DNA of 64,000 bases from an uncultured Clostridia bacterium. GTDB lineage: Bacteria > Bacillota > Clostridia > TANB77 > CAG-508. The stretch spans positions 3,537 through 67,536 of the forward strand of contig CAKPFO010000005.1 of the NCBI GenBank assembly GCA_934153805.1, in the 5' to 3' direction. The notes beneath the pieces are model-generated. The model ran no database searches, was not told the DNA's origin, and saw only the letters and a list, made by a program, of their open reading frames with translations. This document shows positions 18,830 to 27,544 of the stretch, one piece after another; position 1 is the first letter of the stretch; each line of letters begins with the position of its first letter. A program made the position numbers and the translations under genes.

Positions 18830-20596
18830 TTATATCGTTGTTTGTTTACCTATATTTTGTGCTGTAGGAGCTGGTGTTTCAGCTTGTCCAATTATTTGCA
18901 TTACATATTGCAATATTTGTGGATTTTGAGCTATCTTTTCGCTTATTTGGGGTGGTAATAGTTTCTTCTTCCTTATTTCTTTAAGCTTTGCTTTAAATGG
19001 CATTGCAGTTTCAGGATATAAATCTATATAGTCATCAAAAGTTATATCTCCTCTTTGTAATGCTTGTTCTAATAAGTTAATACTTAAGCTTTCTGAATAA
19101 GCGCTTCCAGATCCTACATCTATTGTTGTTTCAAAGTCCATGTCTTGATACATTCTTCCATTAAAATTATTTAATTCTTGACCATTTTCATTTTCTACGA
19201 TGTACTCTGTATCAAATGTATAATATGCTTTAAAAAATTGCTCCCACACTTTTGCAATTTTTTCATGGACTCTCCAAAATCTTTTTTGTATATCTTCTAT
19301 AGGAACCTTTGCTTGTGTTTGCAATGCAACTATTGCACTACCACTCATATTTTTTCCTAATACTTCTCCATTGGCTACTTCTGTAGCCCCTGTTACTGTT
19401 CTAGTAACTTCTAGCAATTTATCTGCCATCGTAAGTGGTGTTGTACTAAAGGCTGGAGGATTTAAATATCTAATTCCATCGAAGTTAGGACTATAATCTG
19501 TTATTATTTCTCCAGGTGTATTTGTTATTGTTTTTCCTTGTAAAGCTCTTGGTCTCATCAATACTTTAGGGAATCCCATGTTTTGGCTGGCCATTTGCAT
19601 CATTGCATAATCAAAATTAATTGCTTTTTGAGTAGGAATTAATTGTTCTACTTCTCCTATTCCAAATATACTCTTTTCTCTTTCTTCATGAGAACCAACA
19701 ACTATAGGATATAATGTCATTTTATACTTTGTATGTTCTGCCTTATCTATATCTACTGCTTCTATATCTTCATTAGTCTTATTAGTATCTTCATTTATTT
19801 CAAGTTTTACTTTTTCTGCATCAGGAGTAAGAGGAGTTTCTTCTTGTACTATCATATCTTTTGTACTCTTTATATAATATACTTCTCCATTTTTTCTAAA
19901 GTATCTTGTTAATACTGTTGCATATTCTTCTCCGTCTTGCTCTTCTTCCTCATAATTTTTTTGTCCTTCTTCATCTGATGTAATTAATTCTATTTCTGTT
20001 TTTGATATTCCATTTTTCTCTGCAATTTTCTTTAATGTTTGTACATTTTCTCTGCTTTGTATTATTATCCATTTTTGTTTTTGTTCATCCTTTTGTTTAG
20101 GATTAGCAAAAACTATGTTTAAGCAATCTATAATTTGTCCATTTAAGCCACCATCGAATTTTGCCATCCCAGTTTTACTTTCTTTGTCCCAAAAATAATG
20201 AAATATGTATGTTCCTTTTTTTAAACCGTCTAGTATTGCTCTATCATCTAAATCCTCTTGTTTTATTTCTTTTCTTATATGTGTAGCAAAATTAGTAAAA
20301 GAACTAGCTCCTTGAGTAGCAATTTGTGAAGTTTGCTCGTTATATATAAGTGGTTTATATACTGCAGATATTTTACTTGATAAAATGTTTGCTTTCTTTC
20401 CATTTACAATGAACTTAATTATATTTATAACTGGTCTTGGCATATTCTTTGTTTTTTCTGTTGCTTGTGGCCACTGTCTACCTTCAAAAAAATCTACACA
20501 TGTCTCACAAGTTTCTTTTAACCCTAATTTTCTTTGATAACTTAAACCTTTTTGCCAGTCATCCCATATCTTCCTAGCTAAATCTTCTCTAGTCAT
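18830..20596 (-). CDS. portal protein
   Basis: 588 aa, in the canonical position just downstream of the large terminase. Confidence 0.7.
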   Translation of the reverse strand: MTREDLARKIWDDWQKGLSYQRKLGLKETCETCVDFFEGRQWPQATEKTKNMPRPVINIIKFIVNGKKANILSSKISAVYKPLIYNEQTSQIATQGASSFTNFATHIRKEIKQEDLDDRAILDGLKKGTYIFHYFWDKESKTGMAKFDGGLNGQIIDCLNIVFANPKQKDEQKQKWIIIQSRENVQTLKKIAEKNGISKTEIELITSDEEGQKNYEEEEQDGEEYATVLTRYFRKNGEVYYIKSTKDMIVQEETPLTPDAEKVKLEINEDTNKTNEDIEAVDIDKAEHTKYKMTLYPIVVGSHEEREKSIFGIGEVEQLIPTQKAINFDYAMMQMASQNMGFPKVLMRPRALQGKTITNTPGEIITDYSPNFDGIRYLNPPAFSTTPLTMADKLLEVTRTVTGATEVANGEVLGKNMSGSAIVALQTQAKVPIEDIQKRFWRVHEKIAKVWEQFFKAYYTFDTEYIVENENGQELNNFNGRMYQDMDFETTIDVGSGSAYSESLSINLLEQALQRGDITFDDYIDLYPETAMPFKAKLKEIRKKKLLPPQISEKIAQNPQILQYVMQIIGQAETPAPTAQNIGKQTTI

Positions 20597-20600
20597 TTAT

Positions 20601-20840
20601 TTAATCTCCTTTCACTACTTCTTGTCCTGATATATACTCTTGGTATATGTCTTCTTGATTCTTCAATTTTCTTTCTTGTTTTGGTCCATTTAACCACTCA
20701 TCAAATATCTCAAGTTCTTTCTTCTCGTCTTCTTGACTTTCTTTTTCATTTCTTTTGTTTTGAACTATTTCTAATATATTAGGAACTACAAAAGGTGCTG
20801 TTCCTAATATATAACCTACTATTACTGCTAATAAAATCAT
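20601..20840 (-). CDS. small TM + acidic protein
   Basis: 79-aa ORF with an N-terminal hydrophobic helix. Confidence 0.45.
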   Translation of the reverse strand: MILLAVIVGYILGTAPFVVPNILEIVQNKRNEKESQEDEKKELEIFDEWLNGPKQERKLKNQEDIYQEYISGQEVVKGD

Positions 20841-20849
20841 CTTAACCTC

Positions 20850-22196
20850 CTACCACCATATGTCTTCATCCATATCTTCCGTTTGAAGCTCAAATGGTAA
20901 TTCTTGTTTTTTAGCCATAAAAATAGGTTCTTGTGTCCAATAAACACAAAAACCTCTAATTGCATCCACAGAATGAGTTAATTCGTGTGGTTCATTTGCT
21001 ACATCTCCTATTTTCTTTTCATCGTGTTGTATTTGTGGTAAACATCTAATTAAATTTTTACATGTACTAAATATCTTTAATCTTGATGTATCACAACCTT
21101 GCTCGTCCTTATATACTTTTAGCCACTCTTTCATTTGTAGCCAACCTTGTATTCTATCATTATTTGTTTTATATAAGTCTATGCCACCTTCCGCAAATAT
21201 ATCTGCTGTACTCTTACCTGTTTCTTTGTGTCTGTTCCATAAATCTGGTGGTGCTAAATATATATATATACTTTCATTTGTCATTTCTTTTATCTTATCT
21301 CTTGCTTGAGATACTAATAAGTTACTTTGATAAACTTCTCTAAATATATAAGCATTATTGTTATAATCTACAGCTATCCAATAACCTGCCAACATATCTA
21401 ATCCATAATCCATTACAAAATATATATACCAGTCCTTTGGTATTTCAAAAGGTTCTATTACATGTACATCTCTCTTAAATTCTGTAAAGAATTGCCCTTC
21501 AAATATATCCCAATCTCCATAAAGCATTGCTTTTTTTCTGTCTTCTGGCAAACTTTCTAATGCTTTTACATAGTCTGGGTCGTTTTTCATTATGTATTCA
21601 TTCTCATACACTAATGCTGGTATAAACTCATAATCTTCTGGATTTTCATTTTCTGTATAATCTTTATCAATAAATAATCTTTTTACCCATACATGTCCAA
21701 CTCCTCCAGGATTGCAAGTCAAATACATCCTAGGTTTTATTTCTTTCTTACATTGCCCTGACAATCTGTTACTTTCCTTTAAACAGTTAAATTGGAACTC
21801 CGTAAAGTGTGTAGCTTCTTCAATAAATATTGCTTCATATGCTTGTCCTTGATATTGCAATACATCTGCCTCACTATCACAATATCCTAGCTTAATTCTA
21901 CTACTATTTGGAAATACAAATACTTTTTCTTGTGTATTCCATGTCGCCAATTTGTCTTTTTGCTTACTTTTTAATTCTTTCTGTAATGGTATAACATGGT
22001 TTTCTAATAGCTCTCCATAAGTTCTTCTTAAAAGCAATATTTGTATGCCTGGATAATATAATGCTAACAATATTGCTTTTATTCTTGCTACATATGATTT
22101 TCCTCCACCTCTTGCTCCACCATAGCATGTATATTTTGCTTTACTCTTGCAAAATTCCTCTTGCTTTGGATATAAATTTGGCACTTTATATTCCAT
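20850..22196 (-). CDS. terminase large subunit
   Basis: Walker A-like CYGGARGGGKSY near the N-terminus, with the nuclease half following. It overlaps terS by one base. Confidence 0.85.
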   Translation of the reverse strand: MEYKVPNLYPKQEEFCKSKAKYTCYGGARGGGKSYVARIKAILLALYYPGIQILLLRRTYGELLENHVIPLQKELKSKQKDKLATWNTQEKVFVFPNSSRIKLGYCDSEADVLQYQGQAYEAIFIEEATHFTEFQFNCLKESNRLSGQCKKEIKPRMYLTCNPGGVGHVWVKRLFIDKDYTENENPEDYEFIPALVYENEYIMKNDPDYVKALESLPEDRKKAMLYGDWDIFEGQFFTEFKRDVHVIEPFEIPKDWYIYFVMDYGLDMLAGYWIAVDYNNNAYIFREVYQSNLLVSQARDKIKEMTNESIYIYLAPPDLWNRHKETGKSTADIFAEGGIDLYKTNNDRIQGWLQMKEWLKVYKDEQGCDTSRLKIFSTCKNLIRCLPQIQHDEKKIGDVANEPHELTHSVDAIRGFCVYWTQEPIFMAKKQELPFELQTEDMDEDIWW

Positions 22197-22699
22197 TACT
22201 GTGATAATTCCTCTACTTTCTTATCCATTTTTATATTTATATCTGTATTTGCTGTACTTTCTCCTTTTGCTAATGCTCGTTTATCATACATTGTTCCTAT
22301 TGCTACTGCTAATTCTTTTAAACTATATAATTGCATTCCTGCTATTTTAGAAACTAATGCTTTTTTCTTTGTTTCATTCATTTCTTTTTTGTCTGTCATC
22401 CATATTTCATCTATTATCTCTTCTAACTCATTTTCATGTTCTGTTGCTAAATCTATTCTTTGCTCCATTAAGTTGGTTGCTTTGTTTATTATTCTAGTTG
22501 CTGTTTCTGTAAATTCTTCTTTTTTTTGTATGCATAGTTTTGTAAATTCTTCTTTATCCTTATTCTCTTTAAATATCTTTTCTACTGTCTTAACTGGTAT
22601 ATTTAATTGCCTTGATGTTTCATTAAAATTGTTTGTATTAAACATACTTATCATTATCTTATATATTGTTTCATTATCTGTCTTTTTTCCCCTTGCCAT
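22196..22699 (-). CDS. terminase small subunit (HTH type)
   Basis: 167 aa with an N-terminal HTH-like segment (ETSRQLNIPVKTVEKIF). It lies immediately upstream of terL. Confidence 0.65.
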   Translation of the reverse strand: MARGKKTDNETIYKIMISMFNTNNFNETSRQLNIPVKTVEKIFKENKDKEEFTKLCIQKKEEFTETATRIINKATNLMEQRIDLATEHENELEEIIDEIWMTDKKEMNETKKKALVSKIAGMQLYSLKELAVAIGTMYDKRALAKGESTANTDINIKMDKKVEELSQ

Positions 22700-22846
22700 C
22701 TATTCACCTTCTTTATCCTTAAAACACTCTTTCTTCTTCCTGCAATCTTTGCATTTTCTTTTCATGCATTCTTTGTAATTGAACTTTAATTTTAACTTCT
22801 TATATGTTTCATTGTCTGTTCTCTTTAGTATATCTTCTATTCTCAT
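22700..22846 (-). CDS. small K/C-rich protein (48 aa)
   Basis: The ATG at 22846 forms an ATGA overlap with the upstream stop, and the TAG stop abuts the terS ATG. It is below the ORF-track size cutoff. Confidence 0.35.
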   Translation of the reverse strand: MRIEDILKRTDNETYKKLKLKFNYKECMKRKCKDCRKKKECFKDKEGE

Positions 22847-23040
22847 ACCTGCTCCTTTACTTGCCAACAAAAGGGTTGTTTCTTTCTCTTATTTTTGCAT
22901 ATAAAGTCTTTACACTTTATTGTTGTTACTGTACTAATTTGTTCTATACATAAATCTGCTTTTTTTGTTGTTTCTATTCTGTTTTTACAGTTTTCATTAG
23001 CACAATTTATACATATTTCTCTTTTATATAATTCGCTCAT
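22843..23040 (-). CDS. small Cys-rich (zinc-ribbon-like) protein
   Basis: 65 aa containing CINCANENC and CKDFIC. Confidence 0.5.
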   Translation of the reverse strand: MSELYKREICINCANENCKNRIETTKKADLCIEQISTVTTIKCKDFICKNKRKKQPFCWQVKEQV

Positions 23041-23188
23041 GACATTCTCCTTTGTTTTTAATACTCTCTAAGTAATGATATAGTTATAGAATATTGCACT
23101 CTAGAACTAATCGGCTTATTTTCGATAATTACATCTACTTTTGCCAATCTGCATTCTATGTTATATCACTACTTACAAAGCATTATAA

Positions 23189-23216
23189 AAGAGCTTACCA
23201 TTTCTGATAAACTCTT
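23189..23216 (-). terminator. hairpin downstream of the phage tRNA
   Basis: Imperfect stem AAGAGTTTA/TAAGCTCTT, followed by TTTATAA on the minus strand. Confidence 0.3.
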
Positions 23217-23223
23217 AATAATT

Positions 23224-23299
23224 TGGTTGCGAAGATAAGATTTGAACTTATGACCTCTTGGGTATGAACCAAGCGAGCTGACCTCTGCTCTACTCCGCT
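23224..23299 (-). tRNA. phage-encoded tRNA with anticodon CAT (Met/fMet/Ile2-type)
   Basis: I folded a 76-nt cloverleaf by hand. It has D stem GAGC/GCTC, anticodon stem CTTGG/CCAAG, loop TTCATAC, T arm ATAAG-TTCAAAT-CTTAT and an encoded CCA. Positions 1:72 form an A:A mismatch. Confidence 0.8.
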
Positions 23300-23467
23300 A
23301 TATATTGCACTTGGGCTAACGAGCCATTACTGACTGTGCTTTAAATTCATGACACTAAAGAAAGTTATTAGGGTTTCCTTTCTTTTATTGCTATTATAAT
23401 TATAATATATTAAAAATGCCATTTCTACATAAAAAATACCTAATTTTCACCTAAAAAATACGACATT

Positions 23468-23944
23468 TTATAAATTTATCATTTTTTGAGTTGCTCTTTC
23501 TATTATTTTCTGTATAGCTTTATCACTTCTCGTCTGTCCAAATAGTTTATAATATGTATAATTGCCTATATCTTCATAAGTATTTCCTTCTATGTAATAA
23601 TCTATAAGTATTTCTTTTTCTTTTTTTCGTAACGCCTCTAATCTTATATCGACTTCTTCTATTATTATATTCAATTCTTTTATTTCATTTTCCACTTTGT
23701 CCAGTTGAGCTTTTAAATCTAGCTCTGTGTCTAAGTTATCACTTGCTTTATTTCCTACCTTGTCCGTTATTATATTTTTACTATGTATATCACTATTGTT
23801 CTCATAGCTTGTAACAGACAAGGATACATTTTTAAGGCTTTCAATTTTACGTAGTATACTTTCCTTCTCTCTTAGTTTCAACTTTAATTTTGCCTTATTC
23901 TCTTTATAATTCTTTAATAATAAAATTAATTGTTCTTTAGTCAT
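23468..23944 (-). CDS. putative late-gene transcriptional regulator (ArpU/RinA/sigma-r4-like)
   Basis: 158 aa, in the typical position upstream of the packaging genes. It has a coiled-coil middle, and the C-terminal LIDYYIEGNTYEDIG...IQKIIERATQKM resembles a sigma region-4 HTH. Confidence 0.5.
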   Translation of the reverse strand: MTKEQLILLLKNYKENKAKLKLKLREKESILRKIESLKNVSLSVTSYENNSDIHSKNIITDKVGNKASDNLDTELDLKAQLDKVENEIKELNIIIEEVDIRLEALRKKEKEILIDYYIEGNTYEDIGNYTYYKLFGQTRSDKAIQKIIERATQKMINL

Positions 23945-23957
23945 CCTTTGTACCTCC

Positions 23958-24161
23958 TTAATATTTTCTTAAATTATTCTCTAATGTTGTCAATCTGTTT
24001 TTCATAAAATCCATTCTTCTAGCAATCTCTCCTTTTGACACATTATTGTTGTCTATTAAATTTAATATATCTTCTTGCACTTTTTCTGTTTCATCTACCC
24101 AGTTATATAAAGCTCTTTCTAGCCTATCTTTCTTTTGGGCTATTTTCTTTTCGTTTATCAT
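23958..24161 (-). CDS. hypothetical phage protein
   Basis: 67-aa ORF. Confidence 0.45.
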   Translation of the reverse strand: MINEKKIAQKKDRLERALYNWVDETEKVQEDILNLIDNNNVSKGEIARRMDFMKNRLTTLENNLRKY

Positions 24162-24220
24162 AACTTATCATCTCTTTCTTTTATCTTCGACAAAGTATTT
24201 ATTAGCATTAACTCATTAAA

Positions 24221-24269
24221 CACTTCTGTTCACTTCTGTTCATTCTATTCACTTCTGTTCACTTTTTTG
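24221..24269 (-). repeat. five tandem ~10-bp units (AACAGAAGTG on the minus strand)
   Basis: The plus strand reads CACTTCTGTT CACTTCTGTT CATTCTATT CACTTCTGTT CACTTTTTTG. The array straddles the stop codon of ORF 24249..24602. Confidence 0.8.
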
Positions 24270-24602
24270 TTTATAGTATTGTTTTACTTCTTCTTTGTTT
24301 CCTAAAATTAATGTTTCGTCTTTATCTATATCAAATATTGCTAGTCCTGCTAATTGTTCTGCCATTAAATCTATTATTTTTTCTTTGCCTTCTTGCTGTT
24401 CGAATAATTGCTTTTCTAACTCTTTTATCGTTTCTTCATAGCTAGGTATTATTGATATTTCTAATTCTTCTTTATACTTGTCCCTCTCTTCTGCTATTTT
24501 CATAATAGCTTCAAACAGCCTTTTAGCTTCTCCATTTAATTTTTCAGGTCTAACGTCTTGCATTTCGTCTAGTACTTTTTGTGCTTCTTCATTGCTCATC
24601 AA
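24249..24602 (-). CDS. hypothetical phage protein
   Basis: 117-aa acidic, coiled-coil ORF. Confidence 0.5.
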   Translation of the reverse strand: MMSNEEAQKVLDEMQDVRPEKLNGEAKRLFEAIMKIAEERDKYKEELEISIIPSYEETIKELEKQLFEQQEGKEKIIDLMAEQLAGLAIFDIDKDETLILGNKEEVKQYYKQKSEQK

Positions 24603-24611
24603 ATTGCCTCC

Positions 24612-24947
24612 TTAATCTCCTATTACTTGTTTAAAATCATTTATTATATGCTTTCTAGTTTCTATTTGTGCATTTAATTTATGAATTGATGTTTGATAGC
24701 TCTTTTTATGAAACTCATCTGTAGTATTTCTTCTCATTTTTTCATATCTTTTTACACTCTTATTATCTTCAACATTAAGCTTGTTTAATTCTTCTAGCTT
24801 ATCTCTTATTGTTTGTATTTCATCATATAAATGCGATATTGCACAAATGTCTGTATAGCTTATTTCACATTGTATACATTCATTCAATCTACATTCTTGG
24901 CACTTATTAATTATTTTCTCTATTCTTTGTATTTCTTCTTTGTTCAT
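24612..24947 (-). CDS. hypothetical phage protein
   Basis: 111-aa ORF with a Cys cluster (CQECRLNECIQC). Confidence 0.5.
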   Translation of the reverse strand: MNKEEIQRIEKIINKCQECRLNECIQCEISYTDICAISHLYDEIQTIRDKLEELNKLNVEDNKSVKRYEKMRRNTTDEFHKKSYQTSIHKLNAQIETRKHIINDFKQVIGD

Positions 24948-25034
24948 TTATTTCACTTCCTATTTGATTTCAACTTCCTATTTTTCGTTGTTAGCAAGAA
25001 AATCATTGATACTACTATGTTTGCTTAATTGATT

Positions 25035-25658
25035 TTATTTTCTTTCATTAATTAGTTCTTGTAAAGCACTTATCATTGCTTGTAAACCTTCGTTTGTTTC
25101 ATCATATTTCTCAATATAATTGTCTTGTAATTTTTGATAATGTTCTATCTTATCTTTTACTTTTTTTGGTAGAATTAAGCCTTTAAATTCACTTTGATGA
25201 AACCAGCCATTCTTAAATTTTTCAGTTGTCATTTGTTCTAGCTCTGAAGTTATTGAATTATTATACAATTTTAATTTTTCATTCTCTTTTAATACTCTTT
25301 TATAATCTGATAAAACATTTTGTATAGCTTGTATTTCTTTTTTATAATATTGTATATCTTCATCATTGTCATTTTTTACTTTCATTTGACTATATATTGC
25401 ACTAATACAATCTTCATTTCCTTTTATTATATTTTCTAATATTTTTATATCTTCTTCTATACTATTTTCTTTTTGTGATTTGTTAATTTCTAATTTTTCT
25501 TCATTTATTAAACCAACTTGCCACATTCTAAATAATATATTAGTCAAAACTTTCATTTCTTCTTTGCTATCTTCTATATTAGTTGCATTAAGTAACTTTT
25601 CTTTAGCTTTTTCTATTATTTCAAATCTATTATCTTCACATATATTATTTTCTTCCAC
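25035..25658 (-). CDS. hypothetical coiled-coil phage protein
   Basis: This is track ORF 25035..25700. The more likely start is GTG 25658, after GAGGAGGG. Confidence 0.5.
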   Translation of the reverse strand: MEENNICEDNRFEIIEKAKEKLLNATNIEDSKEEMKVLTNILFRMWQVGLINEEKLEINKSQKENSIEEDIKILENIIKGNEDCISAIYSQMKVKNDNDEDIQYYKKEIQAIQNVLSDYKRVLKENEKLKLYNNSITSELEQMTTEKFKNGWFHQSEFKGLILPKKVKDKIEHYQKLQDNYIEKYDETNEGLQAMISALQELINERK

Positions 25659-25869
25659 TTTTTCCCTCCTCGTAAAATTTTTCTGCTTTATTATAATCAA
25701 TCATTGTAAGTAATTCACACATAGTTTCATAAGACATTTTATTTATTTCTTTCGCAGTTTTTCCTAGCTCAATGCCTCGTGTCATCACCATAGAGTTTCT
25801 TATAACCATAAATAATGCTAATTTATACTTATTTTTCATTTTATTTAATATTTCTTCTCTTTCTTCCAA
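25645..25869 (-). CDS. hypothetical phage protein (TTG start)
   Basis: 74-aa ORF. Confidence 0.45.
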   Translation of the reverse strand: MEEREEILNKMKNKYKLALFMVIRNSMVMTRGIELGKTAKEINKMSYETMCELLTMIDYNKAEKFYEEGKSGRK

Positions 25870-26049
25870 TTAAAACACCTCCTCTTCTAATTCAATAACT
25901 TTTGCTATTTTTGCTCCACATTTAGGGCAATAATTATAACTATTATCTTCTGGTGTTCCATCTTCAAAGCACCATTCTTCTTTACAATTATTACATTCAT
26001 ATACAATATAATCATAATTATCTTGTCTTATAAAATCACATTCTTTCAC
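25870..26049 (-). CDS. small zinc-ribbon protein (59 aa)
   Basis: The GTG start forms a GTGA overlap with the upstream stop. It has two CxxC pairs (CNNCKEE..., CPKCGA). Confidence 0.4.
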   Translation of the reverse strand: MKECDFIRQDNYDYIVYECNNCKEEWCFEDGTPEDNSYNYCPKCGAKIAKVIELEEEVF

Positions 26050-26213
26050 TTAAAACACCTCCTCATCAACACTTTTTTTCCATATTTTTCACAATAACTT
26101 TCACAAAATAAATGTAAAAATTTCCACTTTATAAACGGATTATCTTTTGACCTTTCAATTATTTTTTTGCATTTTGGACACTTAAAATATATTTTTTCAT
26201 CAGCTGTTTGCAT
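26046..26213 (-). CDS. small zinc-ribbon protein
   Basis: CPKCKK motif. The likely start is MQTADEK, after a GGAG RBS. Confidence 0.45.
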   Translation of the reverse strand: MQTADEKIYFKCPKCKKIIERSKDNPFIKWKFLHLFCESYCEKYGKKVLMRRCFK

Positions 26214-26218
26214 TTGTA

Positions 26219-26404
26219 TCACTCCTCTCTCCAATTTTCATCTAGCCATTTATCGAAAATTCTATCTACTGTTCCAATTAGCATTCCACTTATAATTAAA
26301 AGAACGCTATTATCTGTTAAAAGTACAGTTAAAGTTCCTATTACTAATATTAGCAAAATGAATAAAACAGCTTTTATTATTTCTTTCTTCCAATCTTCTT
26401 TCAT
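26219..26404 (-). CDS. small membrane protein
   Basis: 61 aa with two hydrophobic segments. Confidence 0.45.
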   Translation of the reverse strand: MKEDWKKEIIKAVLFILLILVIGTLTVLLTDNSVLLIISGMLIGTVDRIFDKWLDENWREE

Positions 26405-26407
26405 ATC

Positions 26408-26560
26408 TTATTTACTCCTCTCTTCTAATGCTTCAATAAACTCTTTTTGATATTCGCATTCTTCACATTTTTCATTACAAATAGTATATGTTTCTGGAGC
26501 TAGTGGACATATTATATATCCTTGTTCTTCTGCTAATGCGTCTCTCAACCATTGTTCCAT
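26408..26560 (-). CDS. small Cys-containing protein (50 aa)
   Basis: ATG at 26560, with a frame that fills the gap between annotated ORFs. It is below the track cutoff. Confidence 0.35.
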   Translation of the reverse strand: MEQWLRDALAEEQGYIICPLAPETYTICNEKCEECEYQKEFIEALEERSK

Positions 26561-26575
26561 ATCTTATTTACTCCT

Positions 26576-26812
26576 TTACCATTTATTTTCTCTAAAATCC
26601 TTTTCGTTTAACTTTTCTTCCGATAAAGTTTTTATTAATATCTCTTCTAATACTAAATTTTCATAATCACCAGTATTATTAAAATAATGTTGTAATGCTG
26701 TTTTTTTACTTTTATATAATCTTGCAAATCTTATTTCTTTTTTAAACTCTGTTCTACCATATGTAGCATATAATCCTTCTTTATTTTTTATTGCATATAC
26801 TATTTGTTTCAT
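26576..26812 (-). CDS. hypothetical phage protein
   Basis: 78-aa ORF with an AAAGGAG RBS. Confidence 0.5.
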   Translation of the reverse strand: MKQIVYAIKNKEGLYATYGRTEFKKEIRFARLYKSKKTALQHYFNNTGDYENLVLEEILIKTLSEEKLNEKDFRENKW

Positions 26813-26816
26813 ACTA

Positions 26817-27051
26817 TTACTCCTTTACTACTAAATTTGCTTTGATTAAATCGTATAATGTTTCTAATAATATTTGCCCATTATTTCTAATCTGTATCTC
26901 TCTATCTTTAAACCAAATAATAATATACTCTTTATAAAACAAACCGCTTTTTAAATTCTTTAACATATACTTTGTCGTCTATATAATACTCTTGTTTAAA
27001 CCCAAACTTTTCAAGTTCTTTTAAATCTACATCTTCTCTTATTTTTAACAT
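26817..27051 (-). CDS. 77-aa phage protein, readable only with a +1 shift at CGG 26946-26944
   Basis: The ATG at 27051 overlaps the upstream stop. The zero frame reads MLKIREDVDLKELEKFGFKQEYYIDDKVYVKEFKK, then CGG, and stops 4 codons later. The +1 frame continues GLFYKEYIIIWFKDREIQIRNNGQILLETLYDLIKANLVVKE and ends just before the next gene's ATG. Confidence 0.55.
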
Positions 27052-27254
27052 ATCTCCTCCCATTTGTTTGTATAGTCTTTTTTATATCTAACAGCTTTAA
27101 TTTTGAAATTATTACTTTCAGATTCTATATGTTGTTCTAATGCTTTCAAACAACTTATACATATTTTTAAATTCTTATTAGGCAATTTAACTTCTTTTAC
27201 TTCTTCATCTTTATTTAATTCAACTTTACATATATCACAATATCTTTTAAACAT
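27045..27254 (-). CDS. small zinc-ribbon protein
   Basis: CDICK...CISCLK motifs. Confidence 0.5.
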   Translation of the reverse strand: MFKRYCDICKVELNKDEEVKEVKLPNKNLKICISCLKALEQHIESESNNFKIKAVRYKKDYTNKWEEIC

Positions 27255-27256
27255 AT

Positions 27257-27544
27257 CTATTCTCCTCTTAAATCATTCTTCTTCACCAAATCTAATATAA
27301 TGCCGAAATCTATATTAGGTATCATTGCATGTATACGCTCTGCTTTGTATTTCTGTTTAAGTTCTTTTACAATTTTCTTAGCTTCTTCTTTCTCAACTTT
27401 TTTTATTTGAAATCTGTCTTTCCTTGCATCATTACCTATACAATTAAATAGACAAGTATTAGCTCCTTTTTCGGTTGTTTCGCAAATTTGCGGAAATTGA
27501 AACTCTTTTTTGATATCATTCCATATCATGTATCTATATTCCAT
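27257..27544 (-). CDS. hypothetical phage protein
   Basis: 95-aa ORF. Confidence 0.5.
   Translation of the reverse strand: MEYRYMIWNDIKKEFQFPQICETTEKGANTCLFNCIGNDARKDRFQIKKVEKEEAKKIVKELKQKYKAERIHAMIPNIDFGIILDLVKKNDLRGE

Noticed and set aside
24954-24983. Direct repeat ACTTCCTATTT x2 upstream of gene 24612..24947
   Set aside because: It is short, one copy is simply the RBS region (AGGAAGTG), and the duplication could be trivial. I did not promote it to a finding.
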